A stretch of DNA of 37,098 nucleotides from Catajapyx aquilonaris (taxonomy: Eukaryota): contig KZ538996.1 in the NCBI GenBank assembly GCA_000934665.2, positions 1-37,098 on the forward strand, in the 5' to 3' direction. Under the pieces are notes generated by a model. It made no database searches and was not told where the DNA came from. It saw only the letters and a list, made by a program, of their open reading frames with translations. Positions 35,588 to 37,098 of the stretch are shown one piece after another (the stretch's first letter is position 1; each line of letters begins with the position of its first letter). A program made the translations under genes and the position numbers.

Positions 35588-35706
35588 CTGAGACTGTGTG
35601 CCGTGCATGCATGAGCCGCAGCATCTCTGCCACGGCCAGCTCGTCCCGTGCCTCCTCCACCGCCACCTCTCCGAGATCTTCGTACCCCCTGACCAGGCCC
35701 ACAATG
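35588..35706 (-). other. Putative 119-nt exon of an unidentified, possibly decayed gene
   Basis: GC-rich open frame IVGLVRGYEDLGEVAVEEARDELAVAEMLRLMHARHTVS ending at CAG|GTAAAG; the candidate acceptor AG overlaps the TTAA target of the adjacent element. Confidence 0.35.
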
Positions 35707-35711
35707 CTTAA

Positions 35712-36830
35712 CCCAGATATGCCTGAAAGATTTTTTGTTTAAATTTTGTTTTTTTGGGGATTTTATTAGTTCATGATAGTCCCCATAACACAACAAAAAT
35801 GATAAAAAAATTTATGGAATGCTAGATTGTAAGAAAAGTGCCGTCCCCTATAGGGGACACTCGGCAAATGTAACATCTAGTATGGCTATACTGTATATAC
35901 AAGGAAAACGTAAGATATAGGCTGCTGTATTGAAATAAAGATGAAAGTGTTTTTATAATCCATTGAAAAATATAGAGAAGGAATGTTATAGGGGGGGGGT
36001 GATTTGTCGCCGCGCTTCCCCCCCTCCCCCCAAACCAAATGAGCCCGCCGCAGGCGTAAATTTTTAAAACTCTGCAAGCACATCGGATAAAAGCAAGTAA
36101 AATACAATTGAGACATGGGCATTTTTCTGTTTCTTGCTTCAGCNNNNNNNNNNNNNNNNNNNNNNNNNNNNNNNNCCCCCCCCCCATAGATCTCCGCCAC
36201 TGGGCTTCACTGTACCCAAAAGAGAAAGTTTGTATGCATGATAATGTTTGATTGTACATGGCAATGGGTTACCAGCATAGCTACGATGGTTGCCACTGTG
36301 GTAACCCAGTTGCCGGGTAACCCTCGTTTTAAAAATAGGGATTCATAAAAATTCAGTTCGACAAAACGCACAAAATCCGGACGCATACGGTAGCCTAGAG
36401 TACCGGTGCTTGACTTGCCGGTCCATTTGTGGTGCATTTGCCGAGTGTCCCTTATAGGGGACACCCGATTTCAACGCCACCCTCAGACAAGGAAAGTAAA
36501 AAATATGCCTATATTTCCACATGGACATCATCATTCATAAGTTTTCTAAGTATTACAAACAAGAAATAACTCACAATGCTAATCAACGAATTAATTACTA
36601 ATCGTCTTCGGAACGTGGAGGTGCGGCCATTATTTCCTGTGTTAAAATTCAAACCCCTGTATCTTAAAAATCTGTAGCAATATTGAGCCGGTTTGAACTT
36701 GTATAGCTGGGACTCTACTGAAGCCCCCGTCACTACTGCCAGCTCTTTAGCGGCAGAAGAACCTGCGCAAAAAATTAAAATGTAACAACTGTGCAGGTGT
36801 CCCCTACAGGGGACACTCTGCATATCTGGG
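35712..36830. mobile_element. Non-autonomous piggyBac-type element
   Basis: TTAA|CCCAGATATGC ... GCATATCTGGG|TTAA (11-bp TIR, TTAA TSD); three internal GTCCCCTATAGGGGAC-type palindromes (35843, ~36447, 36797); no transposase ORF. Confidence 0.9.
35991..36202 (-). mobile_element. Possible hAT-type MITE remnant nested in the piggyBac element (spans an N gap)
   Basis: Minus strand starts CAGTGGCGGAGATCTATGGGGGG; interior has CCGCCGCAGGCGTAAATTTTT. Second terminus and TSD not found. Confidence 0.35.
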
Positions 36831-37098
36831 TTAAGATGTAAAGTTGACGTAAGGGTTAATGGTGACCAATGAGTACAAATAATATACTGGCTGCAGGTCA
36901 ACTAGCTGTTGGACTATTGGCTGCAGGTCATTTAGGCCGCCGTGACATTTGACTGATGTCGATCGTTTGGTTTCCTGTGACATTTTCGTAATGAAAAAGT
37001 TATTGAACACGAGGGCATAATAATATTAATGATACGTATATTAGCGTCAGCTTGAAGGTTGGCAAGGCCACAATAACGTTCGTTGGCCTGCAGCGCCA

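Overview
This is eukaryotic nuclear DNA, probably from an insect judging by the style of its SINE, MITE and Helitron families (inferred from memory, not searched). It is AT-rich and transposon-dense. Well-supported features are three tRNA-Ser(GCT) genes clustered in the first 4.5 kb, one tRNA-Ala(TGC), two copies of a tRNA-derived SINE (one complete with a 17-bp TSD), and three copies of a TA-target CAGT...ACTG MITE. There are also two defective Tc1/mariner elements (rosa/DD41D-like), a 2.1-kb non-autonomous Helitron with a decayed RepHel 5' fragment, and a 1.1-kb piggyBac-type element with a TTAA TSD. Less ordinary features are a 2.2-kb foldback with near-identical ~715-bp arms carrying convergent tRNA-like Pol III heads, a candidate 134-aa four-exon proline-rich gene missed by the ORF track, and an ankyrin-repeat fragment between two CACAGTG-starting direct repeats. 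One of those repeats carries a directly visible TA->TACTGTA excision footprint. Most ORFs in the supplied track look spurious. I found no convincing new multi-gene system; the findings below are candidates for checking.
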